DNA of 64,000 nt from Alphaproteobacteria bacterium (GCA_965249135.1 OZ252220.1:800001-864000), one strand, 5' to 3'; numbered from the stretch's first letter, positions 1 through 14,083 are shown. The notes: generated by a model not told the origin, from the letters alone. Numbers and translations: made by a program.

Positions 1-1
1 T

Positions 2-730
2 CAGGAATTCCTTGTTTCCTTCGGAGCCTAAGATCGGGCTTTCCGTGAGGCCCAGCACCGTCCAGCCGGGCAGCGCCTGAAGCCAGGCGGTGATCCGCTC
101 GCAGACTTCCGCATGCTGCGCAGGCTCGCGGACGACCCCTCGCTTTCCGACCTTCCCCTTGCCGACCTCGAATTGCGGCTTGATGAGGGCGATGAGCATG
201 GCGCCCGGTGCGGCCAGACGCAAAGGCTTGGGCAGGATCGTCTCCAGCCCGATGAAGCTCGCATCGCAGACGATCAAATCGACCGCCTCGGGGATCTCCG
301 CGTCCGTAAGGTTCCTTGCGTTGATACGCTCGAGCACGGAGACACGGGGGTCGTTGCGAAGCTTCCAGTCCAGCTGGCCATGGCCGACATCGACGGCATA
401 GATCTTGCGGGCCCCGCCGTGGCAAAGCACATCCGTGAAGCCACCATGGGAGGCGCCGATGTCGAGCGCCGTCTTGTCGGCCGGATCGATCCCGAAATGT
501 TGAAGCGCGTGAGCCAGCTTCACGCCACCGCGCGACGCCCATGGATGCTGAGGCCCCCTGAGCTCGAGCGGGGTTTCGAGCGCAAGCCGCATGCCGGGTT
601 TTTCGAGACGGCGGGTGCCGCTGAAGACACGGCCCGCAAGCACGATGGCCTGGGCGCGGTTTGGGTTCTCGGCCAAGCCGAGACGGACGAGCAATGCGTC
701 AAGGCGGAACTTTTCCGCCTTCTTCGGCAT
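2..730 (-). CDS. tlyA: TlyA family RNA methyltransferase/hemolysin A (3' end runs off the window)
   Basis: Not in the ORF track because it has no stop in the window. Manual translation: MPKKAEKFRLDALLV...SRGGVKL...LDIGASHGGFTD...AVDVGHGQL...LIKPQFE...GNKEFL. Directly downstream of dxs, the usual context. Confidence 0.93.
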   Translation of the reverse strand, partial: MPKKAEKFRLDALLVRLGLAENPNRAQAIVLAGRVFSGTRRLEKPGMRLALETPLELRGPQHPWASRGGVKLAHALQHFGIDPADKTALDIGASHGGFTDVLCHGGARKIYAVDVGHGQLDWKLRNDPRVSVLERINARNLTDAEIPEAVDLIVCDASFIGLETILPKPLRLAAPGAMLIALIKPQFEVGKGKVGKRGVVREPAQHAEVCERITAWLQALPGWTVLGLTESPILGSEGNKEFL

Positions 731-734
731 GGGA

Positions 735-2669
735 TCAGGCGCGGGCGGAGACGATGTCGTGGCCAAGGGTGGCCAGTGCCGTGTCCACGATGTGGCGGGC
801 ATTGAGGCCTGCGGTTTCGTACTGCTTGGCAGGCGCGTCGTGCTCCAAGAATACGTCCGGCAGCACCATCGGCCGGACCTTCAGGCCGGCATCCAACAGC
901 CCGCCAAGGGCAAGAGACTGCAGGACGTGGGAGGCAAAGCCGCCGACCGCACCTTCCTCGATGGTGATCAGGACCTCATGCTCCAGCGCGAGTCGGCGGA
1001 TCAGTTCCTCGTCGAGCGGCTTGGCGAAGCGGGCGTCCGCCACCGTCGTCAACAGGCCCCTCGCGGCCAGTTCGTCGGCCGCCAGCAGGCATTCCTGAAG
1101 CCGCGCGCCGAAGGAAAGGAGGGCCACCGTCGTGCCTTCCTTTAGCACGCGGCCGCGGCCGATCTCGAGTGGGACGCCACAGCTCGGCATGTCGACGCCG
1201 ATCCCTTCGCCACGCGGGTAGCGGACGGCCGAGGGCCGATCGTCGATCGCGGCTGCCGTCGCCACCATGTGGACGAGTTCCGCCTCGTCCGCCGCCGCCA
1301 TCACCACGAAGCCGGGCAGGCAGCTCAAATAAGTGACGTCGAAGGACCCGGCATGGGTCTGGCCGTCGGCGCCGACGAGGCCGGCACGGTCGATGGCGAA
1401 TCGCACCGGCAGTTTCTGAATCGCGACGTCGTGGACGACCTGGTCATAGGCCCGCTGAAGAAACGTCGAATAGATGGCGGCGAAGGGTTTGAAGCCTTCC
1501 GTCGCCAGCCCGGCGCAGAACGTCACCGCATGCTGTTCGGCAATGCCGACGTCGAAACAACGCTCCGGGAAACGCTCTGCAAACAAATTGAGGCCGGTCC
1601 CGGACGGCATGGCGCCGGTGATGGCGACGATCTTGTCGTCCTTCTCCGCCTCCTGGATCAATGCCTTCGCAAAGGTCGTCGTGTAGTTCGGCGCCTTCGG
1701 CTTCGACTTCTTCTGGATGCCGGTGACGACGTCGAACTTGCTGACCCCATGGTACTTGTCGGCGGACGCCTCGGCCGGTCCATAGCCGTGTCCCTTCTTG
1801 GTCACGACGTGGATGAGAACCGGGCCCGGCTCGGTGTCGTCGCGGACGTTCTTGAGCACCGGCAGCAGGTGGTCGAGGTTGTGCCCGTCGATCGGCCCAA
1901 CGTAAAAGAAACCAAGCTCTTCGAACAGCGTGCCGCCGGTGACGAGCCCGCGGGCGAACTCCTCGGCACGGCGCGCCGTGATCTCGATCGAGCGGGGAAA
2001 TTTCTTGGCGATCATGCTCGCCAGATGGCGGAGCGACCGGTAGGGCTTCGACGAAATCAGCCGCGAGAGATAGGCGCTCATGGCGCCGACGGGGGGCGCG
2101 ATCGACATGTCGTTGTCGTTGAGGATGACGATGAGACGGCTATCCATCGAGCCGGCGTTGTTCATCGCCTCGTACGCCATGCCGGCGCTCATCGCGCCAT
2201 CGCCGATGACGGCAATCACCTTGTTCTTCCGTCCTTCGAGATCGCGGGCGATGGCCATGCCAAGGGAAGATGAAATCGATGTCGAAGCGTGCGCCGCGCC
2301 GAACGGATCGTATTCGCTTTCGGAACGCTTCGTGAATCCGGAAAGACCCCCGCCTTGCCGAAGCGTGCGAATGCGATCGCGCCTGCCGGTCAAAATCTTG
2401 TGCGGGTAACATTGATGGCCGACGTCCCACACCAACCGGTCTTCCGGCGTGTTGAAGACGTGGTGGATCGCCACGGTAAGCTCGACGACGCCAAGCCCGG
2501 CGCCTAGGTGGCCGCCGGTATTGGAAACCGCATCAATCGTCTCGATGCGCAGCTCGTCCGCCAGCTGGCGAAGCTGCTTTTCCTTCAACTTGCGCAGATC
2601 GGCCGGCAAGGTGATTTCGTCGAGAAGCGGTGTCTTGCTAGTTGGATTCGCTTCGGTTTTCTCCGACAA
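735..2669 (-). CDS. dxs: 1-deoxy-D-xylulose-5-phosphate synthase
   Basis: [40 protein letters not shown] (TPP motif), [10 protein letters not shown]. Confidence 0.98.
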   Translation of the reverse strand: MSEKTEANPTSKTPLLDEITLPADLRKLKEKQLRQLADELRIETIDAVSNTGGHLGAGLGVVELTVAIHHVFNTPEDRLVWDVGHQCYPHKILTGRRDRIRTLRQGGGLSGFTKRSESEYDPFGAAHASTSISSSLGMAIARDLEGRKNKVIAVIGDGAMSAGMAYEAMNNAGSMDSRLIVILNDNDMSIAPPVGAMSAYLSRLISSKPYRSLRHLASMIAKKFPRSIEITARRAEEFARGLVTGGTLFEELGFFYVGPIDGHNLDHLLPVLKNVRDDTEPGPVLIHVVTKKGHGYGPAEASADKYHGVSKFDVVTGIQKKSKPKAPNYTTTFAKALIQEAEKDDKIVAITGAMPSGTGLNLFAERFPERCFDVGIAEQHAVTFCAGLATEGFKPFAAIYSTFLQRAYDQVVHDVAIQKLPVRFAIDRAGLVGADGQTHAGSFDVTYLSCLPGFVVMAAADEAELVHMVATAAAIDDRPSAVRYPRGEGIGVDMPSCGVPLEIGRGRVLKEGTTVALLSFGARLQECLLAADELAARGLLTTVADARFAKPLDEELIRRLALEHEVLITIEEGAVGGFASHVLQSLALGGLLDAGLKVRPMVLPDVFLEHDAPAKQYETAGLNARHIVDTALATLGHDIVSARA

Positions 2670-2700
2670 CGTCCTGGTTTCCCCACCCCCGGACTCCCAT

Positions 2701-3603
2701 TCAGTGCCGTCGGGTGACGACGAAATGGGCAGCCCTGGCTAATAATTCCGCCTTTTTGCCAAAAAGATCAAGATGAGCAATGGCTTGATCCGCTAAAATT
2801 TTTGCTTGTTCGCGCGCCCGCTCGACCCCGAGGATCGACACAAAGGTCGCTTTTCCGGCGTTTTCGTCCTTCTGGACGGCCTTTCCCGTCGTCTTTGAAT
2901 CCCCTTCCACATCAAGAAGATCGTCCTGGATTTGAAAGGCCAGCCCAAGGTCGTGGGCATAGGCATGCAGCGCATGACGCTCGGCATCGCGCGCCTCTCC
3001 CAAGACCGCTCCCGATTCGCAGGCAAAGGCGATCAGCGCCCCGGTTTTCATCCGCTGAAGCCGGGTGATGGCGCCGATATCCATCGTGATGCTCTCGGCC
3101 AGGAGATCCAGCATCTGGCCGCCCACCATGCCGGCCGCCCCCACCGCCTGGGCCAGCGCACGGACCAGTTCCGAGCGCACCCGCGACGTCGGATGGGTCT
3201 CGGACGTAGCAAGGATTTCGAAGGCGAGCGCCTGCAGGGCGTCGCCCGCCAGGATCGCCGTCGCCTCGTCGTACTGTACATGACAGGTCGACTGCCCGCG
3301 CCGAAGTTCATCGTCGTCCATGGCCGGCAGATCGTCATGGACAAGCGAATAACAGTGCGCGAGCTCGACGGCGGCGGCCACGCGAAGCGCGCGCGGTTCC
3401 GGCACGTCGAAAAGTTCCGCACTCATCACCACCAGGAAGGGACGAAAACGTTTGCCGCCGCCGAGTGCTGCATAACGCATTGCCTCACAAACCCGGACAT
3501 CCGGCCCTTCGCTTGTCGGAAGCAAGCGATCGAGAAGTTCGCTCACGGCATCCGCGGTTTCCGTCAGCGCCGTTTCCAGGGATGGCGTGTCCAGCTTATT
3601 CAA
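2701..3603 (-). CDS. ispA: Farnesyl-diphosphate synthase / polyprenyl synthetase
   Basis: [39 protein letters not shown]; xseB-ispA-dxs synteny. The TTG start at 3603 is inferred. Confidence 0.95.
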   Translation of the reverse strand: MNKLDTPSLETALTETADAVSELLDRLLPTSEGPDVRVCEAMRYAALGGGKRFRPFLVVMSAELFDVPEPRALRVAAAVELAHCYSLVHDDLPAMDDDELRRGQSTCHVQYDEATAILAGDALQALAFEILATSETHPTSRVRSELVRALAQAVGAAGMVGGQMLDLLAESITMDIGAITRLQRMKTGALIAFACESGAVLGEARDAERHALHAYAHDLGLAFQIQDDLLDVEGDSKTTGKAVQKDENAGKATFVSILGVERAREQAKILADQAIAHLDLFGKKAELLARAAHFVVTRRH

Positions 3604-3847
3604 TGTCGACGTCTTCCAGACCCATCGGACCGTCGCCGCCAAGCTGAATTTGGCTGACCTTCGACTGGGCCTCGCGAAGCTTCATCTCACAGTGCCGCTT
3701 GAGCGCAGCACCCCGTTCATAGGAGGTGATCGCCTCGTCCAGTTTCCCCTTGCCGGATTCGAGCCGTTCGACGATCGCCTCGAGCGCCGCCAGCGCCTGT
3801 TCGAAGCTCATCGCCTGGATGTCCTTGGGAATTTCCCGCTTGGCCAT
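3596..3847 (-). CDS. xseB: Exodeoxyribonuclease VII small subunit
   Basis: SFEQALAALEAIVERLESG...LDEAITSYERGAALKRHCE; conserved synteny. Confidence 0.96.
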   Translation of the reverse strand: MAKREIPKDIQAMSFEQALAALEAIVERLESGKGKLDEAITSYERGAALKRHCEMKLREAQSKVSQIQLGGDGPMGLEDVDIE

Positions 3848-4074
3848 GGAATCCGCCAATTTTTCGCCAATTTTTCGCTAGATTTTAAAGGTACCGCAGG
3901 CCCTTCCTGAAAGGCAAGCCGGGGCCACCAGCCGAAATTTAAAGGCAAAAAAACATTTAAAACTGCATTGAAAACGGCTAGCTTATAACCGCCGAACGAC
4001 GCAAAACCTTGGAGGAAGGAATGGGCCGGATGGAGCGCAGCCTGCATCCATCAAAAGAAGAAGGAAGACCGGTT

Positions 4075-5202
4075 TTGCGAAGCCGCACGCTTTGGCTAAT
4101 GCCGATCGTCTTTCTCGTTGCCGCCCTCACCGCACCCGCCCTTGCCCAGAAAGGGCCAGGGCAAGGGGGCCCGCCACCGACCCTGGTCGTCGTCGATGAG
4201 GTGCGGACCGAAGAAATGGCCCAGACCATGCCGGTCATCGGCCGTCTCGTCGCCCTTCGCGCAGGCGACGTCGCGACCCGGATCGACGGCCGGGTGGGCA
4301 TTTTCCGGGCCGAGGTCGGCGATCGGGTGAAGAAGGGCGCCGTGCTGGCCGTCCTCGATTCGGACCGGCTCGAACGCGAACTTAAGCGCCGCATGGCTTC
4401 CGTCGCCGAGAGCAAGGCCTCCCTTGAAAGCGAGAAGGCCTCCCTTGCGATCGACGACCAGGAACTGCGTCGGCTCGAATCCTTACGCAAATCCGCCGCC
4501 TTCTCGAAGGCCCGCTACGAAGACAAACAGAAGGAAGTGCTGCGCTCCCGTACGCGCGTCAACGTGGCCGAAGCGGTGCTGGAGAACACGACCGCCCAGC
4601 TCGCGCTCGCCCGGCTTGATATTGAAGACGCGCGCATTCGCGCGCCTTACGCCGGCGTGGTTACCGTTCGCCATACGGAAGTCGGCGCCTATGTGAAGCA
4701 GGGAGACGCCGTCGTCTCGATGGTGAACGACAAAAACCTGGAGATCGAGGCGGACGTTCCCTCCCAACGTTTAAGCGGCATCAAGTCGGGTGTCGTCGTA
4801 AAGGTCGAGATCGACAACCGGAACGACTATTTCGCAGTCGTTCGCGCCGTCGTACCGGAAGAAAACCCGATGACACGGACCCGCCGCGTACGTTTCGTCC
4901 CCGGTTTCGATGCGAAAGCGGAAAACTTCGCCGCCAATCAAAGTGCGGTCATTCACCTGCCCATCGGTCACGCGCGTGACGTGCTGACCGTCCACAAGGA
5001 CGCCATCGTGAAGCGCGGAGGCGCCTCGCTCGTTTTCGTGGTGGCGAAAGGCGAAGCGCAGCCGCGCCCGATCACCATCGGGGACGCCGTCGGCAACCGC
5101 TTCGAGGTCCTGAGCGGTCTTGGACCCGGTGAACTCGTCGTCACGCGCGGCAACGAGCGCCTCATTCCGGGCCAGAAGGTCCTGTTCGAACGGAAGCGTT
5201 AG
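4075..5202 (+). CDS. RND efflux transporter periplasmic adaptor (membrane fusion protein)
   Basis: Signal peptide, lipoyl-like motifs (VGDRVKKGAVLAVLD, IRAPYAGVV), coiled hairpin, C-terminal GLGPGELVVTRG; adjacent to the RND permease. Confidence 0.92.
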   Translation: MRSRTLWLMPIVFLVAALTAPALAQKGPGQGGPPPTLVVVDEVRTEEMAQTMPVIGRLVALRAGDVATRIDGRVGIFRAEVGDRVKKGAVLAVLDSDRLERELKRRMASVAESKASLESEKASLAIDDQELRRLESLRKSAAFSKARYEDKQKEVLRSRTRVNVAEAVLENTTAQLALARLDIEDARIRAPYAGVVTVRHTEVGAYVKQGDAVVSMVNDKNLEIEADVPSQRLSGIKSGVVVKVEIDNRNDYFAVVRAVVPEENPMTRTRRVRFVPGFDAKAENFAANQSAVIHLPIGHARDVLTVHKDAIVKRGGASLVFVVAKGEAQPRPITIGDAVGNRFEVLSGLGPGELVVTRGNERLIPGQKVLFERKR

Positions 5203-5203
5203 G

Positions 5204-8368
<3,165 letters not shown>

Positions 8369-8396
8369 GATAAAGACTTGGCGGCGCCGGCAAATT

Positions 8397-8442
8397 TGCT
8401 TAAGAATTGGACGATCGTCTGCCTATGCTTAATAATTAGGCA
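8397..8442 (+). promoter_or_regulatory. Tandem NtrC-like enhancer boxes
   Basis: TGCTTAATAATTAGGCA (8426-8442, TGC-N11-GCA) plus a related TGCTTAAGAATTGGACG at 8397, about 110-150 bp upstream of a sigma54 promoter. Confidence 0.6.
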
Positions 8443-8549
8443 GATCTTCGGGGAGGAAGAGGGGGAACGCCAATCGGTCCCCGCCCGGAGATTGGATCTA
8501 ACGAGCTAATTTTCCTTACCTTTTTCGGGCGAACGGTAACCGTGACCGA

Positions 8550-8564
8550 TGGCACGGGTCTTGC
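8550..8564 (+). promoter_or_regulatory. Sigma54 (-24/-12) promoter
   Basis: TGGCAC-GGGTC-TTGC matches the TGGCAC-N5-TTGC consensus, 62 bp upstream of the porin ATG. Confidence 0.8.
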
Positions 8565-8626
8565 GATGACAAGACCAGGACACCGTTCGCACCATGACGA
8601 CATGGCTTTAAAGGAAGGAAAAGCTC

Positions 8627-9364
8627 ATGAAGAAAATCTATCTGGTCGCATTGACCGCGATTTGCTTGGTGGCCGCGAGCCACGCGGCCTATGCCCAAGA
8701 CGCAGCAGCCGCCGAGGAAAAGGCCTATAGCCTGTCTGCGAATTTCGCCATCGTCTCGGATTACATGTTCCGCGGTATTTCCCAAGTGGACGGCGAGCCG
8801 ACGCTCCAGGGCGGCTTCGATTTCGGCTACGACACGGACGGGCCGACCGATCTTTATCTCGGCATCTGGGGTTCCGGCGTGGATTTCACGGACGCGTCGT
8901 CGGAATTCGACATTTACGGCGGCCTGGCCGGCGAGATGAATGGGGTCTCCTGGGATCTGGGCTTCATCTGGTACCTCTATCCCGGCGCCGACAGCGCTCT
9001 CAACTACGACTTCGTCGAAGCAGCCTTTGCGCTTGGCTACGACTTCGGCCCCTATGCGGTTTCCGCCGGCCTCAACTTTTCGCCGGAATATTTCGGCGAC
9101 AGCGGTGATTCCTATTACTGGTCGGGCGGCGTCGACGTGCCCTTGCCGGAAGGAATCGGGCTCGGTTTCCATGTCGGCCACCAGAGCATCGACAACAACA
9201 CCGCCTTCGGGGTTCCAGATTATTTGGACTGGAGCGTGACGGTCTCGAAGGAATTCGAGGGTTTCGGCTTCTCCCTCGCCTATATCGACACGGATCTCTC
9301 GAACTCGGAATGTAACGACGCCTGCGACACGAAAATCGTCGGCACCATCTCCAAGGAATTCTGA
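8627..9364 (+). CDS. TorF family putative porin (TIGR02001-like)
   Basis: Signal peptide; SDYMFRGISQ...PTLQGGFD...YLGIWGS motif; terminal Phe. Confidence 0.88.
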   Translation: MKKIYLVALTAICLVAASHAAYAQDAAAAEEKAYSLSANFAIVSDYMFRGISQVDGEPTLQGGFDFGYDTDGPTDLYLGIWGSGVDFTDASSEFDIYGGLAGEMNGVSWDLGFIWYLYPGADSALNYDFVEAAFALGYDFGPYAVSAGLNFSPEYFGDSGDSYYWSGGVDVPLPEGIGLGFHVGHQSIDNNTAFGVPDYLDWSVTVSKEFEGFGFSLAYIDTDLSNSECNDACDTKIVGTISKEF

Positions 9365-9427
9365 TCGCTCGAAGAGTTCGGATTCCTTCCACGGCAGGCT
9401 CTCGGTTCCTTGGGGTCACGAAGATAT

Positions 9428-9455
9428 CGCCCTCCAACCGGGGGGCGGGATTTTC
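9428..9455. terminator. Rho-independent terminator between convergent genes
   Basis: CGCCCTCC-AACC-GGGGGGCG hairpin followed by GGATTTT. Confidence 0.5.
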
Positions 9456-9465
9456 ACGTCGCTCT

Positions 9466-10137
9466 TTAAAAGCCGAAGAACTCCGCGAATTCTAAAGCCG
9501 ACGCGCGTTCCGTCTGCAACTGGTTCTCAGGCGCCGCCTCGTCGATATAGCCGAGCGACATGCCGCACACGATCGTCTCGCTTGCCGGAATGGGCAGATG
9601 CTTGCGGATGATCCGGTGAAAGGGCGGCCAGGAGGCCTGCGGACAGCTATGCAGTCCCTTCGCCCGGGCGACGAGCATGACGTTTTCGACGAACATACCG
9701 TAGTCGAACCAACTGCCGATCTCGAGCCGCTTGTCGATCGCAAAGAACAGGCCGACGGGCGCGCCGAAGAATTCGTAATTCCGCCCCTGCTGCTTGCGCA
9801 TCCCTTCCTTGTTTTCCTTCGTCAGCCCCAACAGGCCGTAAAGATCCAGCCCGACCTTCTTGCGCCGTGACTTGTAGGGTTCGGCCCATTCGTCCGGGTA
9901 GTATTTGAACTCCGGCTCGTGTGCCTCGGCTTTCGTGGCAATGGCCTCTAAGGTTTCCTTCGTCAACGCCTCCCTCACGGCGCCGGCCGCCACGTAGACC
10001 TTCCAGGGCTGGAGGTTCGTCCCGCTGGGCGCCCGGGCGGCCAGATCCAGAATCTCGGCCACCGTCTCCTTGGCAAGCGGGGTGGCCAGGAACGCCCGGG
10101 CCGAGCGTCGCGTCAGAATGGCTTCGATCACATCCAC
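9466..10137 (-). CDS. Nitroreductase family protein
   Basis: RRSARAF, RAPSGTNLQPW, FFGAPVG, GLHSCPQ. Confidence 0.92.
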   Translation of the reverse strand: MDVIEAILTRRSARAFLATPLAKETVAEILDLAARAPSGTNLQPWKVYVAAGAVREALTKETLEAIATKAEAHEPEFKYYPDEWAEPYKSRRKKVGLDLYGLLGLTKENKEGMRKQQGRNYEFFGAPVGLFFAIDKRLEIGSWFDYGMFVENVMLVARAKGLHSCPQASWPPFHRIIRKHLPIPASETIVCGMSLGYIDEAAPENQLQTERASALEFAEFFGF

Positions 10138-10173
10138 GTCCGTTGTTTCCTTCCTACCTCTTAAGTCACCTTC

Positions 10174-10605
10174 TTAAGGCTTGCTGGTTTGTTTCGCCGC
10201 CGGCACCAGCTTCGCTAACCACGAGCCCGCCAGCAGCGCCGCCAGGAAAAGAAGCGTCTTCGGAAGCCCGTGAGCCAGCGAGGCGAGCGCCGGCCCCGGA
10301 CAGAACCCGACCAGCCCCCACCCCACCCCGAAGATGGCGCTCCCTAAAATCAGGCGCGCGGGTAAGCTTTTAAGCGTCGGTACCGCGAACGTCCCTGCGA
10401 AGACCGGGTGGGGAAGTTTCAGGATGTGGCGGAAGGCGACGAGCGGCACAAGGACCGCGCCCAGCAGCACGAGCGCCAGGCTCGGGTCCCAATCGCCGGC
10501 GACGTCGAGGAAGGCCAGCACCTTCGCTGGGTTCACCATCTGGGAAAGGCCGAGCCCGACCCCAAACAGGACACCGGCCAAAAGCGATGCGAGGAACCTT
10601 CCCAT
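10174..10605 (-). CDS. YeeE/YedE family (DUF6691) sulfur-transport membrane protein
   Basis: GLSQMVNPAKVLAFLD...WDPSL...GWGLVGFCPGP. Confidence 0.88.
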   Translation of the reverse strand: MGRFLASLLAGVLFGVGLGLSQMVNPAKVLAFLDVAGDWDPSLALVLLGAVLVPLVAFRHILKLPHPVFAGTFAVPTLKSLPARLILGSAIFGVGWGLVGFCPGPALASLAHGLPKTLLFLAALLAGSWLAKLVPAAKQTSKP

Positions 10606-10606
10606 C

Positions 10607-11032
10607 TCAAGCCCCAACTACGTGACGGGCAAGGGTGACGGTCGCCATCGCGGTTACCAGGAAAACCAGCGTGGCGACGATCGAACGCGCACTCAGCCGC
10701 GCGATCCCGCAGACCCCATGCCCGCTCGTGCAGCCGCCGCCCAACCGGGTACCGAAACCGACCAGCAGTCCGCCGGCAACCAGAATGGGAAAGCTCGCAT
10801 CGATGGCGATGCCGCGGCCGGCCGGATCGAGGAGACGAAAGAGAACGGCGCCAAGGACAAGGCCTGAGAGAAACAGCGCCCGCCACGCCGTATCCCCCTT
10901 CACCGGTGGCAGTAACTGGCCAAGGATGCCGCTGATGCCGGCGATCTTGCCATTAAGCCAGAGAAGAAGGACGGCCGAGACACCGATCAAGAGGCCGCCG
11001 GCGAACGCCGAATAGGGGGTGAAGTTTGCCAC
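10607..11032 (-). CDS. YeeE/YedE family sulfur-transport membrane protein
   Basis: NGKIAGISGI, GTRLGGGCTSGHGVCG. Confidence 0.9.
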   Translation of the reverse strand: MANFTPYSAFAGGLLIGVSAVLLLWLNGKIAGISGILGQLLPPVKGDTAWRALFLSGLVLGAVLFRLLDPAGRGIAIDASFPILVAGGLLVGFGTRLGGGCTSGHGVCGIARLSARSIVATLVFLVTAMATVTLARHVVGA

Positions 11033-11144
11033 CTACGCCTTCCTTTCAAGGCTGGGGGGAACGGGCCTTTCGTTTATGGAGCGGCGAGCGGAACGACGCA
11101 AGGGCGATGGCCCGCCTTTGCGTCTTCCCCTAAAGTGGGACCCG

Positions 11145-12422
11145 ATGAACGTCTTCTTCTTCGCGATCATCCTGATCTCCTTCCTGGTCGCCGCCTGGCA
11201 GGAGGTGGGCTGGGTTGCGGCCTCAGCCGATGCGCTCTCGCCGATGGAGTTGCTCGCCGCCGGCATGATCGAAAAGGCAGCCGACGCCGTCACGCTCTCC
11301 ATCGGCTTAGTCGGCGTCATGGCGCTCTTCCTCGGCCTCATGAAGGTCGCCGAAGCTGGCGGCCTGCTCACCATCATCGCCCGCACCGTGCGACCCTTGA
11401 TGGTGCGCCTCTTCCCCGACGTGCCGGCCCACCACCCGGCGATGGGGGCGATGATCCTGAACATGTCGGCGAACGCGCTTGGCCTTGGCAACGCGGCGAC
11501 ACCGTTCGGCATTCGTGCGATGCAGGAGCTGGACAAGCTGAACCCCGTTAAGGGGACCGCGACGAATGCGATGGCGCTTTTCCTCGCCATTAATACCTCC
11601 AGCGTGACGCTGCTGCCCACCGGCGTCATCGCGCTGCGTGCGGCGGCCGGATCAACGGACCCGGCCGGCATTCTTCCCACCACGCTGGTTGCCACCATCT
11701 GCTCGACGACGGTCGCCATCCTGGCGGCGAAGCTCTACCAGCGCTATTCCGCGACGCTCGCGCCGAGCGCAGCCCCGCCCGACCTCGAGGCGGAGCCGCC
11801 CGCGCCGGCCGAAATACAAGAGGCCTATCCCGGCTGGGTCTCCGGCCTCGTGCTGGCCGGTATCCTGGGCCTCGTGCCATTGACCATCCTCTGGGGGAAG
11901 GCGATCTCGCCCTGGATCATCCCGGGGCTGATGGTCCTGCTGCTCGGTTTCGGTTTTCTACGGCGCGTGCGCGTCTACGAGGTCTTCGTCGAGGGGGCGC
12001 GCGATGGCTTCAAGGTGGCGGTCCGCATCATTCCCTATCTCGTCGCCATCCTGGTCGCCGTCGGCATGCTGCAAGCGAGCGGATCGATGGCGCTGCTCAC
12101 GTCTGCCATCGGGCCGGTGACGGCGGCCTTCGGCCTGCCGGCCGAAGCCCTGCCGATGGCGTTCCTGCGCCCGCTTTCCGGGTCCGGCGCCTATGGCGTG
12201 CTCGCCGCCATCATCCAGGACCCGGCCATCGGGCCGGACAGCTACACAGGGTACCTGGTGAGCACCTTCCAGGGCTCGACGGAGACCACCTTCTACGTGC
12301 TCGCCGTCTATTTCGGCGCCGTCCAGGTGCGCCGCGTCCGCCATGCGCTGGCAGCAGCCCTCACGGCCGACGTCGCCGGCATCGCGGCCGCCGTCGCCAT
12401 CTGCCTCATCCTCTTCGGTTAA
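11145..12422 (+). CDS. SpmA/SpmB fused nucleoside-recognition (Gate) domain membrane protein
   Basis: ANALGLGNAATPFG, INTSSVTL, RPLSGSGA, GSTETTFYVLAVYFG. Confidence 0.9.
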   Translation: MNVFFFAIILISFLVAAWQEVGWVAASADALSPMELLAAGMIEKAADAVTLSIGLVGVMALFLGLMKVAEAGGLLTIIARTVRPLMVRLFPDVPAHHPAMGAMILNMSANALGLGNAATPFGIRAMQELDKLNPVKGTATNAMALFLAINTSSVTLLPTGVIALRAAAGSTDPAGILPTTLVATICSTTVAILAAKLYQRYSATLAPSAAPPDLEAEPPAPAEIQEAYPGWVSGLVLAGILGLVPLTILWGKAISPWIIPGLMVLLLGFGFLRRVRVYEVFVEGARDGFKVAVRIIPYLVAILVAVGMLQASGSMALLTSAIGPVTAAFGLPAEALPMAFLRPLSGSGAYGVLAAIIQDPAIGPDSYTGYLVSTFQGSTETTFYVLAVYFGAVQVRRVRHALAAALTADVAGIAAAVAICLILFG

Positions 12423-12535
12423 CGGACTTAAGGCGGGCCTGGTTCCAAAAAGGCCCGCTTTGCGATAGGGTGCCTACAAAGCTCCCGCGCCTTTCGACGC
12501 GCGCGGCCAAGGCAAGAAAAGTGAGGAGGAAAACC

Positions 12536-14083
12536 ATGCTGCAGACGATCGGGCAGATCCTGCCCGCAAGCGCCGCGCGTTATGGCGACAAGACGGCGCT
12601 GGTTTCCGGCGATCGCACGCTCACCTATAACGAGCTCGAGCAGCTCTCGAACCGTTTCGCAAACGCCCTTCGAGGCCTCGGCGTCAAGCAGGACGACCGC
12701 GTCACGATCTACGGGCCGAATTGCTGGGAGTGGGAGATCGCCTACCACGCCGTCGCCAAGCTCGGCGCCGTCATCAATCCCATCAACGTCATGCTGACGC
12801 CGGAAGAGGTCGCCTTCGTCGTCGAAGACTGCGGGGCAAGTGCGCTGATCGCATCGCACGACAAGGGCGTGGCGGTGCTTGAGGCGAAGGGCGGCCTGCC
12901 GCTCGACAACGTCGTGCTGTTCGGCGGCGAGGCACCTGAAGGCGCCCACGGCTTCGAGGATCTCCTTGCCAAGGGCGCGGACGACTTCGATCCGGTCCTC
13001 GTGGCCCCCGAAGCGCTTTCGACGATCGGCTACACGTCGGGCACGACGGGGCACCCGAAGGGCGCCATGCAGAGCCACCAGGCCGTGCTCCTGAACTTAG
13101 GCTTGACTGCGAACATGCACGTGAAGACCGCCGCCGATACCGTCGTCACCGCCCTTCCCTGCCCACACGTCTATGGCAACATCGTCGTCAACGGCGCCTT
13201 CCTCACCGGCATGACGGTCGTGTTGCTCCCCCGTTTCGAGGAAAAGGAAACGCTGGATGCGATCCAGACGCACAAGGCCACCATGTTCGAGGGCGTGCCG
13301 ACGATGTACATGTACCTGCTGAACAGCCCCGAGCTTGCCAAGCACGGCGTCTCCTCGCTCACCCGCTGCACGGTCGGCGGCCAGACCATGCCGATCGCAA
13401 AGATGGAAGAGGTGGAGGAAAAGTTCGGCTGCCCGCTCTTGGAACTCTGGGGCATGACCGAGCTGGCGGGTGCCGCCACCACGAACCCCTTTTACGGCGA
13501 GAACCGCCACGGTTCGATCGGGCTCCCCTATCCGGGCACGTTTGCCCGCATCGTCGACGTCGAGGACGCGAACAAGGACTTAGGCCCCGACGAGATCGGC
13601 GAGCTGATGATCAAGGGGCCGCTTGTCATGCAGGGCTATTACGGAAACGATGAGGCGACCAAGGCTGCGATCGAGCCCGACGGCTGGATGCACACCGGCG
13701 ACGTCGCCAAGATGGACAAGGACGGCTACCTCTACATCGTCGACCGCCGTAAGGACATGATCCTGACGGCCGGCTTCAACGTCTACCCGGCTGAGCTCGA
13801 ACGCGTCATCGCCGCCCATCCGGATGTGGCGCTGGTCGCCGTCGGCGGCCAGCCGGACGAGGCGAAGGGAGAGATCGCGAAGGCCTATATCGTGCTCCGC
13901 GCGGGCGTAAACGGGGATGCGGACCAGATCATCGCCCATTGCCGGGAACACATGGCCGCCTACAAGGTGCCCAAGCGCGTGCAGTTCGTCGACGATCTGC
14001 CGAAGACGAGCACCGGCAAGGTCATGCGGCGCGAACTCAAGACCCTCGACCCGTCCGAGGAACGGGAGAGCGCCGCCGAATAG
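12536..14083 (+). CDS. Long-chain fatty acid--CoA ligase / AMP-binding enzyme
   Basis: YTSGTTGHPKG, WGMTE, HTGD, LPKTSTGK; GAGGAGG RBS. Confidence 0.92.
   Translation: MLQTIGQILPASAARYGDKTALVSGDRTLTYNELEQLSNRFANALRGLGVKQDDRVTIYGPNCWEWEIAYHAVAKLGAVINPINVMLTPEEVAFVVEDCGASALIASHDKGVAVLEAKGGLPLDNVVLFGGEAPEGAHGFEDLLAKGADDFDPVLVAPEALSTIGYTSGTTGHPKGAMQSHQAVLLNLGLTANMHVKTAADTVVTALPCPHVYGNIVVNGAFLTGMTVVLLPRFEEKETLDAIQTHKATMFEGVPTMYMYLLNSPELAKHGVSSLTRCTVGGQTMPIAKMEEVEEKFGCPLLELWGMTELAGAATTNPFYGENRHGSIGLPYPGTFARIVDVEDANKDLGPDEIGELMIKGPLVMQGYYGNDEATKAAIEPDGWMHTGDVAKMDKDGYLYIVDRRKDMILTAGFNVYPAELERVIAAHPDVALVAVGGQPDEAKGEIAKAYIVLRAGVNGDADQIIAHCREHMAAYKVPKRVQFVDDLPKTSTGKVMRRELKTLDPSEERESAAE

Noticed and set aside
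113-805. 230-aa plus-strand ORF at the window start
   Set aside because: It is the antisense shadow of tlyA, which the ORF track missed because its stop lies outside the window.
11145-12422. SpmAB as evidence of sporulation
   Set aside because: The fused family is widespread in non-sporulating bacteria.
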